Assembly (NCBI GenBank): GCA_963833985.1 | Contig: CAWIAD010000002.1 | Span: forward strand, 5,920,001 to 5,984,000 | Direction: 5' to 3' | Source of the DNA: an uncultured Planctomycetaceae bacterium | GTDB taxonomy: Bacteria > Planctomycetota > Planctomycetia > Isosphaerales > Isosphaeraceae | Length of the DNA: 64,000 nucleotides | Part shown: positions 1 to 9,995 of the stretch, piece by piece | Numbering within the stretch: position 1 is the first letter of the stretch | How the letters are laid out: every line of letters begins with the position of its first letter | Position numbers and translations under genes: made by a program | Notes under the pieces: generated by a model | The model's input: only the letters and a program-made list of their open reading frames with translations | What the model was told of the DNA's origin: nothing | Database searches by the model: none

Positions 1-1151
1 TCTTCAGCGTAGATCTGTGCGGTCCGCACGTCCTCGTGACCTAGGATAATCCGGGTGGCCTCGATGCCGAACTTCTTCCTGATCTCGGTCGCCGCACTGT
101 GGCGGAGCTGGTGAGGGTGCCACTTCGTGATGCCAGCCTTCTCGCAACCTGCCTGGATCGCCCGACGGTAACTCGCGACTGTGTAATGATCGCCCGGCTG
201 CTTTCGGGGCTTGCATTTCCTGCGATTCGCTTGACTCGGCTGCACTCAAGTCTTCCGTAGTTGACGGCGCTCCTCCCGGCGCTCCTCCATAGCGTCGGCC
301 GGACTGAAGAGGTAGGCCTGTGGATCTGATTTCAGCCAGGCTCGGAGGATTTCACAAGCACGCGGACCGAGGAATACCTCTCGCTGCTTTTCGTGATGCT
401 CGGTCTTGTGACGCTGAGGTATGTAAACCCAGACATCTGCGGACATGTCGAGGTCTCGCGTTCGCATGATCACTACTTCGCCAGGTCTCATCCCAGTGAG
501 TCGCTGGAGCTCGATCATGGTCCAGACCTGCCGGTTAACGAAGGGTTTGACGGCCATGACCATGTCTTCCAACACGGGCCTGACCGGCTGACTCTCCCGC
601 GCGGCAGATCTACCCTTCCGGAGTCCGGAGACGGTGCGAAGAGATTCGTAGACGAACGGATGGACCAGTTCCTCAGAGACTCCCCACTTGAACATGCGCA
701 CGATCCGGCCGATGCGGCGGTTGATCTCGGTCCGGCAATTTCCTGAGCGGATCATCTCATTGCGAATGGTCTTGAGTGCCAGCGGTCCGAAGGAGCTTAC
801 TGGGGTCGTGCCGTAGAGCCGACGCAAGAGTTTCATGACCAAGCGAACGTTCGTCGGCTCGACAGTGGGGCGGCCGTCCTTCACGTAATACCCATCCACG
901 AACTTCACGTAGGCCAGAATCAGTTCGTTGACGATCAGCCTGCTTTCGGGACCGGGTTTTTGATCCGGCTCCGCACGATCGGTCCGGCCCTTGGAGAGCC
1001 ACTCGGCGACCAGCCGGCGATAGGTCTCCTGGCTCTCAGGCGAGCCGTAGGAACCCAGGTAGTGATCCTTGCCGTCGATACGGACCACGGCGAGGTTCTT
1101 GGGCTTGTAGTGTCGGTACTTGGGCACACGAGAAATGTTGCGTTCGGACAT
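1..1151 (-). pseudogene. Tyrosine recombinase/integrase interrupted by an in-frame TGA at 246-248; runs off the window edge
   Basis: ORF 246..1151 has TGMRPGE (catalytic R) and HKT. Reading through the TGA in the same frame gives ...YRRAIQAGCEKAGITKWHPHQLRHSAAT...ILGHEDVRTAQIYAE (HxLRH, LGH, catalytic Y). It lies next to a tRNA 3' end. Confidence 0.88.
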
Positions 1152-1172
1152 GCTGCGAGCCCTCTGTCTGGC

Positions 1173-1194
1173 AGAGTAGTACCGGTACTACTCT
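1173..1194. promoter_or_regulatory. Perfect 22-bp palindrome AGAGTAGTACCGGTACTACTCT upstream of the integrase
   Basis: The sequence equals its own reverse complement and lies between the tRNA 3' end and the integrase ATG. Function is inferred. Confidence 0.6.
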
Positions 1195-1270
1195 CTCAGG
1201 ACTTCCGGGCCGCACCGCCGACCGCCGGCGGGTAAGCATTAACGCTTTCGGCATCAAGACTTGTGTCTAG

Positions 1271-1343
1271 TGGAGCGGAAGGGGATCGAACCCTCAACCT
1301 CAGCATTGCGAACGCTGCGCTCTCCCAATTGAGCTACCGCCCC
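1271..1343 (-). tRNA. tRNA-Ala (anticodon CGC), CCA not encoded
   Basis: Reverse complement is GGGGCGGTAGCTCAATTGGGAGAGCGCAGCGTTCGCAATGCTGAGGTTGAGGGTTCGATCCCCTTCCGCTCCA: cloverleaf, G3:U70 pair, TTCGA T-loop. Confidence 0.96.
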
Positions 1344-1489
1344 AAGCAGGTGGGTGAGTTGAACTAGAGTAACCTCGAAACCGGTGGGACGCAAGTTAAG
1401 ATGGATGCTCGAGGCGGAGCAACGGAGGTTCAGGCCCGGCGCGGTGCGACCCTTGCTGGTTGAAATGCCCCGGCATCGAGCGGAGAGCC

Positions 1490-2440
1490 ATGATCCATGA
1501 TCGAGAATCGACCAACTTCGTGGAACCTGTACCTGGTGGGCCTGATCCTTGGAACGGCGCTCGATTGCCGTCAAACCAGTCGCCCGGCGCAGGAGCGCCT
1601 TTCGAGCTCGTCCACTGGAATCCGGCCGCCGCCAATCCCGTCTTTGCCGGGACGGGGACCGATACGTGGGACCGGAAGATCCGCGAGCGGGGCTTCATCC
1701 TGCGCGGTGACCAGGGGACCTATCACCTCTGGTACACCGGCTATGATCGCGACCGGCCGGAGAGCATGTCACTCGGGCATGCCACCTCGACCGATGGCCT
1801 GCGCTGGACCCGCGACCCAGGGAACCCCGTTTTCAAGGGCTCGTGGGTCGAGGATATGTGCGTCGTCAAGCACGACGCCGGCTACCAGATGTTCGCCGAG
1901 GGGAAGAACGACATCGCGCATCGGCTCAGCTCCCCCGACGGCGTGCACTGGACCGAACACGGCGCGCTTGACATCCGCAAGCGCGACGGGACTCCGATCG
2001 CCCCTGGTCCGTATGGAACACCGACCGCCTGGTTCGAGGACGGCACCTGGTACCTGTTCTACGAACGCGGTGACCAGGGGGTCTGGCTTGCCACGTCCCG
2101 CGACCTCAAGACGTGGACCAACGTCACGGACGATCCGGTCCTGGCGCACGGACCGGAAAGCTACGACGCAACGGCCGTCGCGCTGAACCAGGTGGTGAAG
2201 CGTGGTGCGTATTACTACGGGTTTTACCACGCGAACGCCGGCCGGCCCTGGAAAGACTGGAACTCCTGTGTCGCCCGCTCGCGCGACCTGGTGCACTGGG
2301 AGAAATACCCGGGCAATCCCATCATCAAGAACAACTGCTCGAGCCCCGTACTCGTCGGCACGCCGCGGGGCGACCGGCTCTATACCATGCACCCCGAGGT
2401 GCGCGTCTTCGAAACGGCCCCGGCGGGAGCTCAGCGGTAG
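1490..2440 (+). CDS. Five-bladed beta-propeller glycosidase-like protein (GH32/43/130-like); N-terminus possibly frameshifted
   Basis: Repeated S.DG..W...NP blades, YHLWYTG and EDMCVV. A signal-peptide-like segment (LYLVGLILGTAL) lies in the alternative frame starting at 1497. Confidence 0.7.
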   Translation: MIHDRESTNFVEPVPGGPDPWNGARLPSNQSPGAGAPFELVHWNPAAANPVFAGTGTDTWDRKIRERGFILRGDQGTYHLWYTGYDRDRPESMSLGHATSTDGLRWTRDPGNPVFKGSWVEDMCVVKHDAGYQMFAEGKNDIAHRLSSPDGVHWTEHGALDIRKRDGTPIAPGPYGTPTAWFEDGTWYLFYERGDQGVWLATSRDLKTWTNVTDDPVLAHGPESYDATAVALNQVVKRGAYYYGFYHANAGRPWKDWNSCVARSRDLVHWEKYPGNPIIKNNCSSPVLVGTPRGDRLYTMHPEVRVFETAPAGAQR

Positions 2441-3228
2441 AGCACGCCGATACGGCGGCGGTAGTCGTCGTACGTTTCCTCGAAGAGCCGGCGGGCGCGC
2501 TCGGGCCCGAGGTGGCAGGCGGACGTGAGCACCCTGGGAGGCTGGCCGGACGCGGTCAGAATGCGTGCGACCTCGGCCTTGATCAGGTTGATGATCGTGC
2601 AACTGGTGATGCTGGAGAGCGGGGAGACGGGCGTCTCCAGTCCGCTGATCCACACGGCCGAGTCGCCTGGCGGGGCCTGCTGGTCGAGCACCAGGTTCGC
2701 CACCTCGTGCAGCTTGCGGCCTGACTGGTGGTTGGAGTTCGAGGCCGTGGCGTTGGCCAGCGAGGTGAGTGCCACCACGTACATGCCATGCGCTCGAGCC
2801 TCGGCGGCGACGTCGATGGTCACGGCGTTGCAGCCACTGCTGGAGATGGCCAGCAGCACGTCGTCGCTGGTGATCGCGAAGTTCCGCCAGAGCACCGGGC
2901 CGAAGCCCTGGACGTTCTCCAGAAACATCGCCTGGCGCTGGCCGTTGGCGCCGACGACGGGGTTGTGATAGCTCATCGACAGCTCGACGATCGGGTGGAA
3001 GCCCGGGAACGAGCCGTAGCGCGGGAACATCTCCTCGACGGCCATCCGCGAATGCCCGGTGCCGAAAACGTGCACCAGCCGGCCGGCCAGGATCGCGGCC
3101 GCGAAGCGCTCGGCCGCCTGGCGGATCGCCGTCATCTGCGTCGCCTCGATGGCATCGAGCGCACGCCGGACGGCCTGGAAATACTGGGTCATCGCGTCCA
3201 GGCCCACGAGCGGGTTCTGGTCACTCAT
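2431..3228 (-). CDS. SIS-domain sugar isomerase family protein
   Basis: VHVFGTGHS, ISSSGCN and VVALTS motifs. Confidence 0.85.
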   Translation of the reverse strand: MSDQNPLVGLDAMTQYFQAVRRALDAIEATQMTAIRQAAERFAAAILAGRLVHVFGTGHSRMAVEEMFPRYGSFPGFHPIVELSMSYHNPVVGANGQRQAMFLENVQGFGPVLWRNFAITSDDVLLAISSSGCNAVTIDVAAEARAHGMYVVALTSLANATASNSNHQSGRKLHEVANLVLDQQAPPGDSAVWISGLETPVSPLSSITSCTIINLIKAEVARILTASGQPPRVLTSACHLGPERARRLFEETYDDYRRRIGVLYR

Positions 3229-4087
3229 GATGATTCGCGTCCGGGCGATTCGAGAGGGAAGCCTCCGAGGGCACCTGGCCTTCGGAGACGCACCAGCCGC
3301 CGTCAACGTTGAGGATCACTCCGGTCAAGAACCGCGATGCCGGCTCGCAAAGGTAGAGTGCGGCCTCGGCGCAATCCTCGGGTGTGCCAGGACCACCGGC
3401 CATGGGCTGCTTGGTGGCGAGGTACGTTCGAATCAGCGTGTCACCCACGGCGCGCGCGGCCATCGGGGTCTCAATCAGGGCCGGGGCGATGAGGTTGAAC
3501 CGGATCCGGTCCCGCGCGTAACAGGCCGCGGCACTCGTGGTCAGAGACAGGATTGCACCCTTGCTGGCAGCGTACGCGATGGTTCCGAAGAAATCGGCAG
3601 CCGGCGACCAGCCCAGCACCGAGCCCATGTTCAGGATGGTGCCCCGCAGGCCGTACGCGTCGAGCGGCTGGCCCAGCATCTGTCGCACCACGGCGCGATT
3701 GGTCAAGAAAACGCTCCGCGCGTTGGCAGCGAGCACTGTGTCCCAGCCGTCGACCGTGGCTTCGTGCAGTGCGGCATCGCCGAACTTCCGGCCGCTGATT
3801 CCCGCCACGTGGTAGAGGATATCGAGTCGGCCCGAGAAGTAGGTCTTCGCCTGGTCCAGCAGCTCATCAACCTGTTCCGGATGGCAGGCGTCCGCGGTCA
3901 AGACCAGCACATCCTCTCCAGCGGCCGGCAGCAGCCCTCGAGCCTCGTCGGCCGTCTCTCTTGACCGGCCGCACACCACGACCCGCGCCCCTTCCATCAG
4001 AAAACGTCGGGCGGTGGCCAGCCCGATGCCGCTGGTCCCGCCGACGATCAGGCAGGTGCGGCCTGCGAGCCGTCCGGTTTGAGCCAT
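3221..4087 (-). CDS. Short-chain dehydrogenase/reductase
   Basis: GGTSGIG, YAASKG and final VDGG motifs. Confidence 0.92.
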   Translation of the reverse strand: MAQTGRLAGRTCLIVGGTSGIGLATARRFLMEGARVVVCGRSRETADEARGLLPAAGEDVLVLTADACHPEQVDELLDQAKTYFSGRLDILYHVAGISGRKFGDAALHEATVDGWDTVLAANARSVFLTNRAVVRQMLGQPLDAYGLRGTILNMGSVLGWSPAADFFGTIAYAASKGAILSLTTSAAACYARDRIRFNLIAPALIETPMAARAVGDTLIRTYLATKQPMAGGPGTPEDCAEAALYLCEPASRFLTGVILNVDGGWCVSEGQVPSEASLSNRPDANHHE

Positions 4088-4134
4088 GAACAATGCCTCG
4101 GAGAGAGGTGGACCGAACGACGCTCTTCGCGCGA

Positions 4135-4596
4135 TCAGTCCTTGACCTGGAAGACGGCCTCGATCTCCACGGCGATACCGCCGGGCAAGGCTCCCATACC
4201 CACTGCGCTGCGGGTGCCAACTCCGGCGTCGCCAAAGACCTGCTGCATGAGATCCGAATAGCCGTTGATGACCTTGGGCTGGTCGCCGAACTCGGGCGTG
4301 CTGTTGACCATGCCCAGGCTCTTGACGAGCCGCACAACGCGATCCAGCGAGCCGAGGTGGCTGCGCAGCGTGGACAGGATGGCCAGGCCGGTTTGCCTGG
4401 CAGCCGCCATGCCTGCCGGGGTGTCCAGATCGGCCCCGAGTCTGCCCATGATCACCGAGCCGTCGCTGCGCAACGGGCCATGGCCGGAGACGTACATCAA
4501 ATCGCCCACGCGCAGGGCCGTCACGTAGGTTGCCACCGGCTTGGGCGCGGGGGGAAGTTCGAGCTTGAGCTCGGCCAGGCGGTCTTCGGCACCCAT
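4135..4596 (-). CDS. RidA/YjgF family protein
   Basis: LPPAPKPVATY, YVSGHGP, NGYSDL and RSAVG...VEIE motifs. Start at MGAEDRL. Confidence 0.88.
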   Translation of the reverse strand: MGAEDRLAELKLELPPAPKPVATYVTALRVGDLMYVSGHGPLRSDGSVIMGRLGADLDTPAGMAAARQTGLAILSTLRSHLGSLDRVVRLVKSLGMVNSTPEFGDQPKVINGYSDLMQQVFGDAGVGTRSAVGMGALPGGIAVEIEAVFQVKD

Positions 4597-4822
4597 CAGA
4601 ATCATCCTTCCTGCTTCGACTCGTTCAGTTACATGAAGCGCAGCCCTTCGCGGCATGAAGGCAAAGCTAACGGCTGAGGCCAGGCAAAGCAACAGTTGGC
4701 AGCGGGCACGGGAGCAGGCGGTGGACAACCGGCGGTCGAGCGAAGAAGCCCCGGGAAACCGGCTCGCTCGGCTCTTCCTTTGCTGCCGACCGCCCACCGT
4801 CCGCTGCCAACAGACACGTGCC

Positions 4823-7800
4823 TCACCGCTTCCACAGCGGCAGCTTGCGGCCCGGGGCCCAGGGCGCGCCTGCGGCTTCCAGGGTTTCGTGGAGAGCGGG
4901 GAGATCGTGGTCCAGCAGGGGATGGAGCTTCTTGAGCGCCGTGTCGAATTCCTCGGCGGCGATGTCATAATTCTTGCGGTGTGAACCGGTCGGTGCCGAG
5001 GTGGTTGACCAGTGTCCGCTGACGATGTTCTCGATGCGATCGATCAGCCCGGGCTGTGCCGGCTCATTGCGTCGGCTCTTCGTGGGATCACCCGTGAACT
5101 GTTCGCGGAGGTCGAGCAACTTCTGTTCCAGGCCGCGGGCCTCCTGCCGCAGCTTGAGGGGCAAGCTGGGAGTCTGGTCGATGATTCGCTTGATGATGGC
5201 GACCTGGCCCAGCCCGTCGTTGAGCGCCTCGAGCGTACCCAGAGCCACGCGCTGAAGCTCTGCGGTCTGGCGAGCGAAGGCCATGACCGCCTCGCGGTCC
5301 GGAGCCGCAAGCGTGGCGAAATTCAGCGGCTCGACCTCGAAACCCGTGGGCGGGACGAGCTCGGTCGTGCCCTGGTCGTCGCGCTTGTCCATCGCGACGG
5401 TGTACTTGCCCGGCAGAGCCAGCGGGCCCCTGCCGCCGGCATCGAAGAAGCCCTCCTCTTCTTCGCCACCGCCCCGGCGTGACGACCGATCGCCAGTCAC
5501 CGGCCGGTAGTCCGGCCAGCGCAGGTCCCAGGCCACGCGATGCACGCCCTCGGAGCCCGGCCCCGAGAGGCGGCGGACAATCTGACCTGCCGCGTTCCGG
5601 ATCGTGAGAATCACCGCGGGCGGGTCTTCGCGGTCCTCGGCCTTGAGGGCGTCCCAGGAGGGATAGAACACGTCCTTGCTGTCGCCGGCCAGCTTCTGCT
5701 CCTGATCGCGGCGCGCGGCCTTCTTCGTCTTGAGGGCATCTTTCAAGGAATAGGTGATGGTGGCGCCGAAGGGGGGGTTCGGTGCGGTGTAGAAGCTTGC
5801 TCCCTGGAATGCCTTCTCACCGACAGCCAGGGGCGCCGCCGGTATGTAGAGGAGGGCTTTCTTGATGGGCAGGATGGCCGCCGGCTTGTCGGCGACCTCC
5901 CTGGTGAACTGGCGCAAGGGGCTGTAGTCATCAAGGACGTAGATGCCCCGGCCGAACGTGCCCACGACCAGGTCGCTCTCGCGGCGCTGAATCTCCAGGT
6001 CCCGGACGGCGATCGTCGGCATGCCCGATTTCAGCGCGTGCCAGTGTTGGCCGCCATCAGGGCTGGCGAAGAGACCAAACTCCGTGCCGACGAAGAGCAG
6101 GTCGGCCTGCACGTGGTCCACGGCGACCGTGTAGGCCGATCCGCGTTCGGGCAGGTTGGAGCTGATGTTTGTCCAGTTCTTGCCGCGATCGGTGCTGCGC
6201 AGGACGTACGGCTTGTAGTCGCCGTTCTTGTGGTTGTCGAAGCAGGCGTAGACCGTATTCGGGTCGAGCTGGGAGGTCTCGATATCGGCCACGTAAACGT
6301 CCTCCGGCTTGCCCGTGAACGGGAAATTGTCCACCTTGCGCCAGTGCTGGCCGCCATCTTCGGTCACCTGGATCAAGCCGTCGTCCGTGCCCGCGTAGAT
6401 CAGACCTTCGACCAGCGGCGATTCGGCCAGGGCAACGATGGAGCCGTAGAACGAGGTGGAGTCGTTCTTGGCCACGGCGTCAACGCTCCAGACCCGGCCC
6501 ATCACCTTCAGCTTGTTGCGATCGATATTACGGGATAGGTCGGGGCTGATCGCCTTCCACGTCTCACCTCGATCATCCGAGCGGAACAGGATCTGAGAAG
6601 CATAGTAGAGACGGGTTGGCAAGTGGGGGCTGATGATCAGTGCGGAGTCCCAGTTCCAGCGCAGGGGAGGGCCGCTCTTGTCTTCCTGGGGTTTGATGTC
6701 GACACGCTCGCCCGATTTGCGGTCGTAGCGCACCAGGCCGCCATACTGCCATTGGGAATAGATGAGATTCGGATTCGTGGGATCAACGACCGGGTCGAAG
6801 CCGTCGCCGAAGACCGTGATGAACCAATCGCTGTTGCGGATCCCGTGTACGTTGTTGGTGCGCGACGGGCCGCCTTGAGTGGCGTTGTCCTGCGTGCCTC
6901 CGTAGACGTTGTAGAACGGCGAGTCGTGATCGATGGCGATCTTGTAAAACTGGGTGATTGGCAGGTTGCCGAAGAAGTGATAGTTCCTTCCCCTGTCCCA
7001 GGTCTCGTAGAGCCCGCCGTCGCAGCCAATGAGCAGATGGTTCGAGTTGCCAGGATCGACCCAGAGGCAATGATTGTCCACATGTTTCGAGCTTTCTCCG
7101 AGCGGCCGGAAGGCTTTTCCCCCGTCCTCGGAGACATGGAGGAGCGTGTCCATGGCATAGATGCGGTCGAAGACCTGCGGATCGACCACGATTCGTTGAT
7201 AGTACTGAGGGCTGGAAGGAATGTAGCCCGATTGGCGGCTCCAGCTCTCGCCCCCGTTCTCGGATCGGAAGAAACCACTCTGGCCCCGGGCGGCCTCGAC
7301 CGTGGCGTAGAGGACGTCGGGATTGATCGGTGAGATCGCCAGGCCAATGCGGCCCTTGTCACCATCGGGGAGGCCCTTGTTGACCTTGCGCCAGCTCTGC
7401 CCGCCATCCATGGACCGATAGATTCCGGACTCGGGCCCGCCGTCGATGAGCGTCCAGACGTGACGCCTGCGCTGGTAGGCCGCGGCGTACAGGACGTCCG
7501 GGTTCCGCGGGTCGAGGACGACGTCGGTAACGCCCGTGTTCTCGCTGATCGTGAGCACGGCCTGCCACGACTTGCCCCCGTCCGTCGTCTTGTACAGGCC
7601 CCGCTCGCCACCCGGATTCCAGAGTGGTCCCTGAGCGGCCACGTACACGGTGCTCGAGTTCCGGGGATCCACGAGCACCTTGGCAATGTGCTCGGAGTGC
7701 TCGAGGCCAACCCTGGAGAAGCTGGCGCCGCCGTCGATCGACTTGTACAGCCCATCGCCGTAACCCACACTGCGCTGGCTGTTGTTCTCGCCAGAGCCTA

Positions 7801-8170
7801 CCCATATCACGAGGTGGTTCGAGGGATCGACCGCGACGCAGCCGATCGAGTACGATCCGTATCCGTCGAAGATCGGCGACCATGTCGTGCCCGCGTTGTT
7901 CGTCTTCCACACGCCTCCTGAGGATGCCGCCACATACCAGGTGCTGAATACCCTGGGATCCACGGCGATATCGCCCACCCGGCCCGACATCAACGCCGGC
8001 CCGATTCCACGCAGACTCAGGCCTGAAAACACCGCCGCGCGCTTGTCGCCACCGTGAGGTCGTGCTTCGGTAGACTCCTGGGCAAAGCCCTGGCCCACCG
8101 GCCGCACCACCTGTAAAGCCAGTGCAATCGCGAGGACCGACACCGCACGCTCGATCAATCTTTTCAACAT
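4823..8170 (-). CDS. Secreted VPS10/BNR-repeat glycosyl hydrolase-like protein
   Basis: Signal peptide, RGIGPALMSGRV, many S.DGG..W Asp-boxes and GGTQDN. Confidence 0.88.
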   Translation of the reverse strand: MLKRLIERAVSVLAIALALQVVRPVGQGFAQESTEARPHGGDKRAAVFSGLSLRGIGPALMSGRVGDIAVDPRVFSTWYVAASSGGVWKTNNAGTTWSPIFDGYGSYSIGCVAVDPSNHLVIWVGSGENNSQRSVGYGDGLYKSIDGGASFSRVGLEHSEHIAKVLVDPRNSSTVYVAAQGPLWNPGGERGLYKTTDGGKSWQAVLTISENTGVTDVVLDPRNPDVLYAAAYQRRRHVWTLIDGGPESGIYRSMDGGQSWRKVNKGLPDGDKGRIGLAISPINPDVLYATVEAARGQSGFFRSENGGESWSRQSGYIPSSPQYYQRIVVDPQVFDRIYAMDTLLHVSEDGGKAFRPLGESSKHVDNHCLWVDPGNSNHLLIGCDGGLYETWDRGRNYHFFGNLPITQFYKIAIDHDSPFYNVYGGTQDNATQGGPSRTNNVHGIRNSDWFITVFGDGFDPVVDPTNPNLIYSQWQYGGLVRYDRKSGERVDIKPQEDKSGPPLRWNWDSALIISPHLPTRLYYASQILFRSDDRGETWKAISPDLSRNIDRNKLKVMGRVWSVDAVAKNDSTSFYGSIVALAESPLVEGLIYAGTDDGLIQVTEDGGQHWRKVDNFPFTGKPEDVYVADIETSQLDPNTVYACFDNHKNGDYKPYVLRSTDRGKNWTNISSNLPERGSAYTVAVDHVQADLLFVGTEFGLFASPDGGQHWHALKSGMPTIAVRDLEIQRRESDLVVGTFGRGIYVLDDYSPLRQFTREVADKPAAILPIKKALLYIPAAPLAVGEKAFQGASFYTAPNPPFGATITYSLKDALKTKKAARRDQEQKLAGDSKDVFYPSWDALKAEDREDPPAVILTIRNAAGQIVRRLSGPGSEGVHRVAWDLRWPDYRPVTGDRSSRRGGGEEEEGFFDAGGRGPLALPGKYTVAMDKRDDQGTTELVPPTGFEVEPLNFATLAAPDREAVMAFARQTAELQRVALGTLEALNDGLGQVAIIKRIIDQTPSLPLKLRQEARGLEQKLLDLREQFTGDPTKSRRNEPAQPGLIDRIENIVSGHWSTTSAPTGSHRKNYDIAAEEFDTALKKLHPLLDHDLPALHETLEAAGAPWAPGRKLPLWKR

Positions 8171-8399
8171 TTTGCCCCCAAACGGCTTCCCCCGGCCGCA
8201 ACAAGGCCGGCAACGAACCAGGCCCGCCGTCGCTGCCAATCACCGCCAAGATCACTAATCTAGAAGGAATGGGTAATTTGGGCAATAAAAAAACCGCGAC
8301 TGGAGTGCTCGCCTTCGTCGGGGATGAGGGATACGATGGACCGTCAACGGATTGCTCATGTCAGCGTGGGACGGTTGAAGTGCGTGGAGAAGTGAGCCA

Positions 8400-9275
8400 G
8401 TGTTCTCGGTAGCCCTGATCCAGATGCGGTGCTCCGTTGATCCGGGGGACAACCTGCACCGCGCCTGTGCCATGCTGCGTGAGGCAAAGTCGCGGAGTGC
8501 TCAGGTGGCCTGCCTGCCCGAGCTCTTCCGTACGCAGTACTTTTGCCAGGCCGAGGACGCCGCGCGGTTTGACCTCGCCGAGGCCATTCCCGGACCCACG
8601 ACGGAGGCCCTGGCTGAAGTGGCGCGCGAAACGGGCATGGTGATTGTCGGCTCGATCTTCGAGAAGCGTGCCGCCGGCATCTATCACAACACGGCCGTCG
8701 TGCTGGATGCCGACGGCACGCTGCGAGGCCGGTATCGCAAGATGCACATCCCCGACGATCCGCTCTATTACGAGAAGTATTATTTCACTCCGGGCGACCT
8801 GGGTTTCCAGGCCTTTCCCACGGCATTTGCCCGGGTGGGAACGCTCGTCTGCTGGGACCAGTGGTATCCGGAAGCGGCCCGGCTGACAGCGCTCCGCGGC
8901 GCGGAGATCCTCTTTTACCCCACCGCCATCGGCTGGCATCCGGCCGAGCAGGCGGAGTTTGGCACGGCACAGGCCGATGCCTGGGAGACGATCCAGCGTG
9001 CTCATGCCATCGCCAACGGCGTCTACGTGGCCGCCGTGAACCGGATCGGCCACGAGGGACCCAGCGATGGCGGTCTCGAGTTCTGGGGCGGATCGTTCCT
9101 GGCCGATCCGTTTGGCCGGATTGTCGCCAGGGCCGGTCGCAACGCCGAGGAGGTGGTCGTCGCCGCGTGCGACCCCCGGCTTCAGGAGGAAACACGCCGG
9201 AACTGGCCGTTTCTCCGCGACCGACGAATCGACGCCTATGCTCCAATCACGCAGCGCTATCTCGATCCGGACTGA
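8400..9275 (+). CDS. aguB: N-carbamoylputrescine amidase (carbon-nitrogen hydrolase)
   Basis: PELF, YRKMHIPDDP and CWDQWYPE give the E-K-C triad. It is linked to an agmatine deiminase gene. Confidence 0.88.
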   Translation: MFSVALIQMRCSVDPGDNLHRACAMLREAKSRSAQVACLPELFRTQYFCQAEDAARFDLAEAIPGPTTEALAEVARETGMVIVGSIFEKRAAGIYHNTAVVLDADGTLRGRYRKMHIPDDPLYYEKYYFTPGDLGFQAFPTAFARVGTLVCWDQWYPEAARLTALRGAEILFYPTAIGWHPAEQAEFGTAQADAWETIQRAHAIANGVYVAAVNRIGHEGPSDGGLEFWGGSFLADPFGRIVARAGRNAEEVVVAACDPRLQEETRRNWPFLRDRRIDAYAPITQRYLDPD

Positions 9276-9364
9276 CAGCAGCAGCAGATCCCTTTGGCCA
9301 CCTGGTCGGTTCGCTTTTCTCGGGAGATCCTTCTTTCGCCCTGCCGCAACTGGAGGCTGCAACC

Positions 9365-9982
9365 GTGGCAATCGAGAAGTATCCCTATGCCCCGCCCGAG
9401 GCCGACGACGAGAACCCTTATGCCGCGCCGGAAGCGGAGGTCCTGAACAAATTCCAGCACCTGGATGCCGCCACGGAAGCCTACCGGGATGGCAAGCTGC
9501 TGGTCGTGCGCAAGGACGCCGAGCTGACCGATCGCTGCTTGAAGTGCGCCGCGCCGGTGGAAGGATATCGGTTCACTCGCACGGTCTACTGGCACAAGCC
9601 CATCTGGTTTTTTCTGATCCTGTTCAACTGGCTGATTTATCTCCTCGTGTATTTCATGGTGCGCTGGAAGGCCCGCGTCACGGTGGCGCTCTGCCCGCGG
9701 CATCGCAAGAACCGCCGGTGGGCCATCGGCATGGGCTGGATGGCGGCACTCGCCGGGATCGGAGTGATCATTGCTACGGCATCCTATACCAGGCCGGAAA
9801 GAGATACTGGGACGCTGGTCGCGATCGGATTCATCAGTGGTTTGGTCCTGGTCTTCGGAGGCATCATCGGCGGGGTCATCGGCTCCCAGGTGATCGTCCC
9901 GAAGCGCATCAACGAGCAATTCGTCTGGCTGGGGAGGGTCTCACCAGCGTATCTTGCCAAGCTGCCCGACTGGAACCTGTAA
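9365..9982 (+). CDS. Hypothetical membrane protein (NPYxxP motif, CxxC...CxxH, about 3 TM)
   Basis: GGAGG SD before GTG 9365, hydrophobic segments, CLKC and CPRH. Confidence 0.7.
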   Translation: MAIEKYPYAPPEADDENPYAAPEAEVLNKFQHLDAATEAYRDGKLLVVRKDAELTDRCLKCAAPVEGYRFTRTVYWHKPIWFFLILFNWLIYLLVYFMVRWKARVTVALCPRHRKNRRWAIGMGWMAALAGIGVIIATASYTRPERDTGTLVAIGFISGLVLVFGGIIGGVIGSQVIVPKRINEQFVWLGRVSPAYLAKLPDWNL

Positions 9983-9995
9983 GGACCGGCCCCGG

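Noticed and set aside
246..248. Selenocysteine or programmed read-through at the integrase TGA
   Set aside because: The position lies in a basic linker, not a Cys site, and no SECIS was evident. A nonsense mutation or sequencing error is simpler.
4782..4812. Degenerate heptamer run (TGCCGAC CGCCCAC CGTCCGC TGCCAAC)
   Set aside because: Only four divergent units; too weak to annotate.
8285..8315. Minus-strand hairpin plus T-tract upstream of the VPS10 gene (attenuator?)
   Set aside because: The stem is only about 4 bp and no riboswitch or leader was recognisable.
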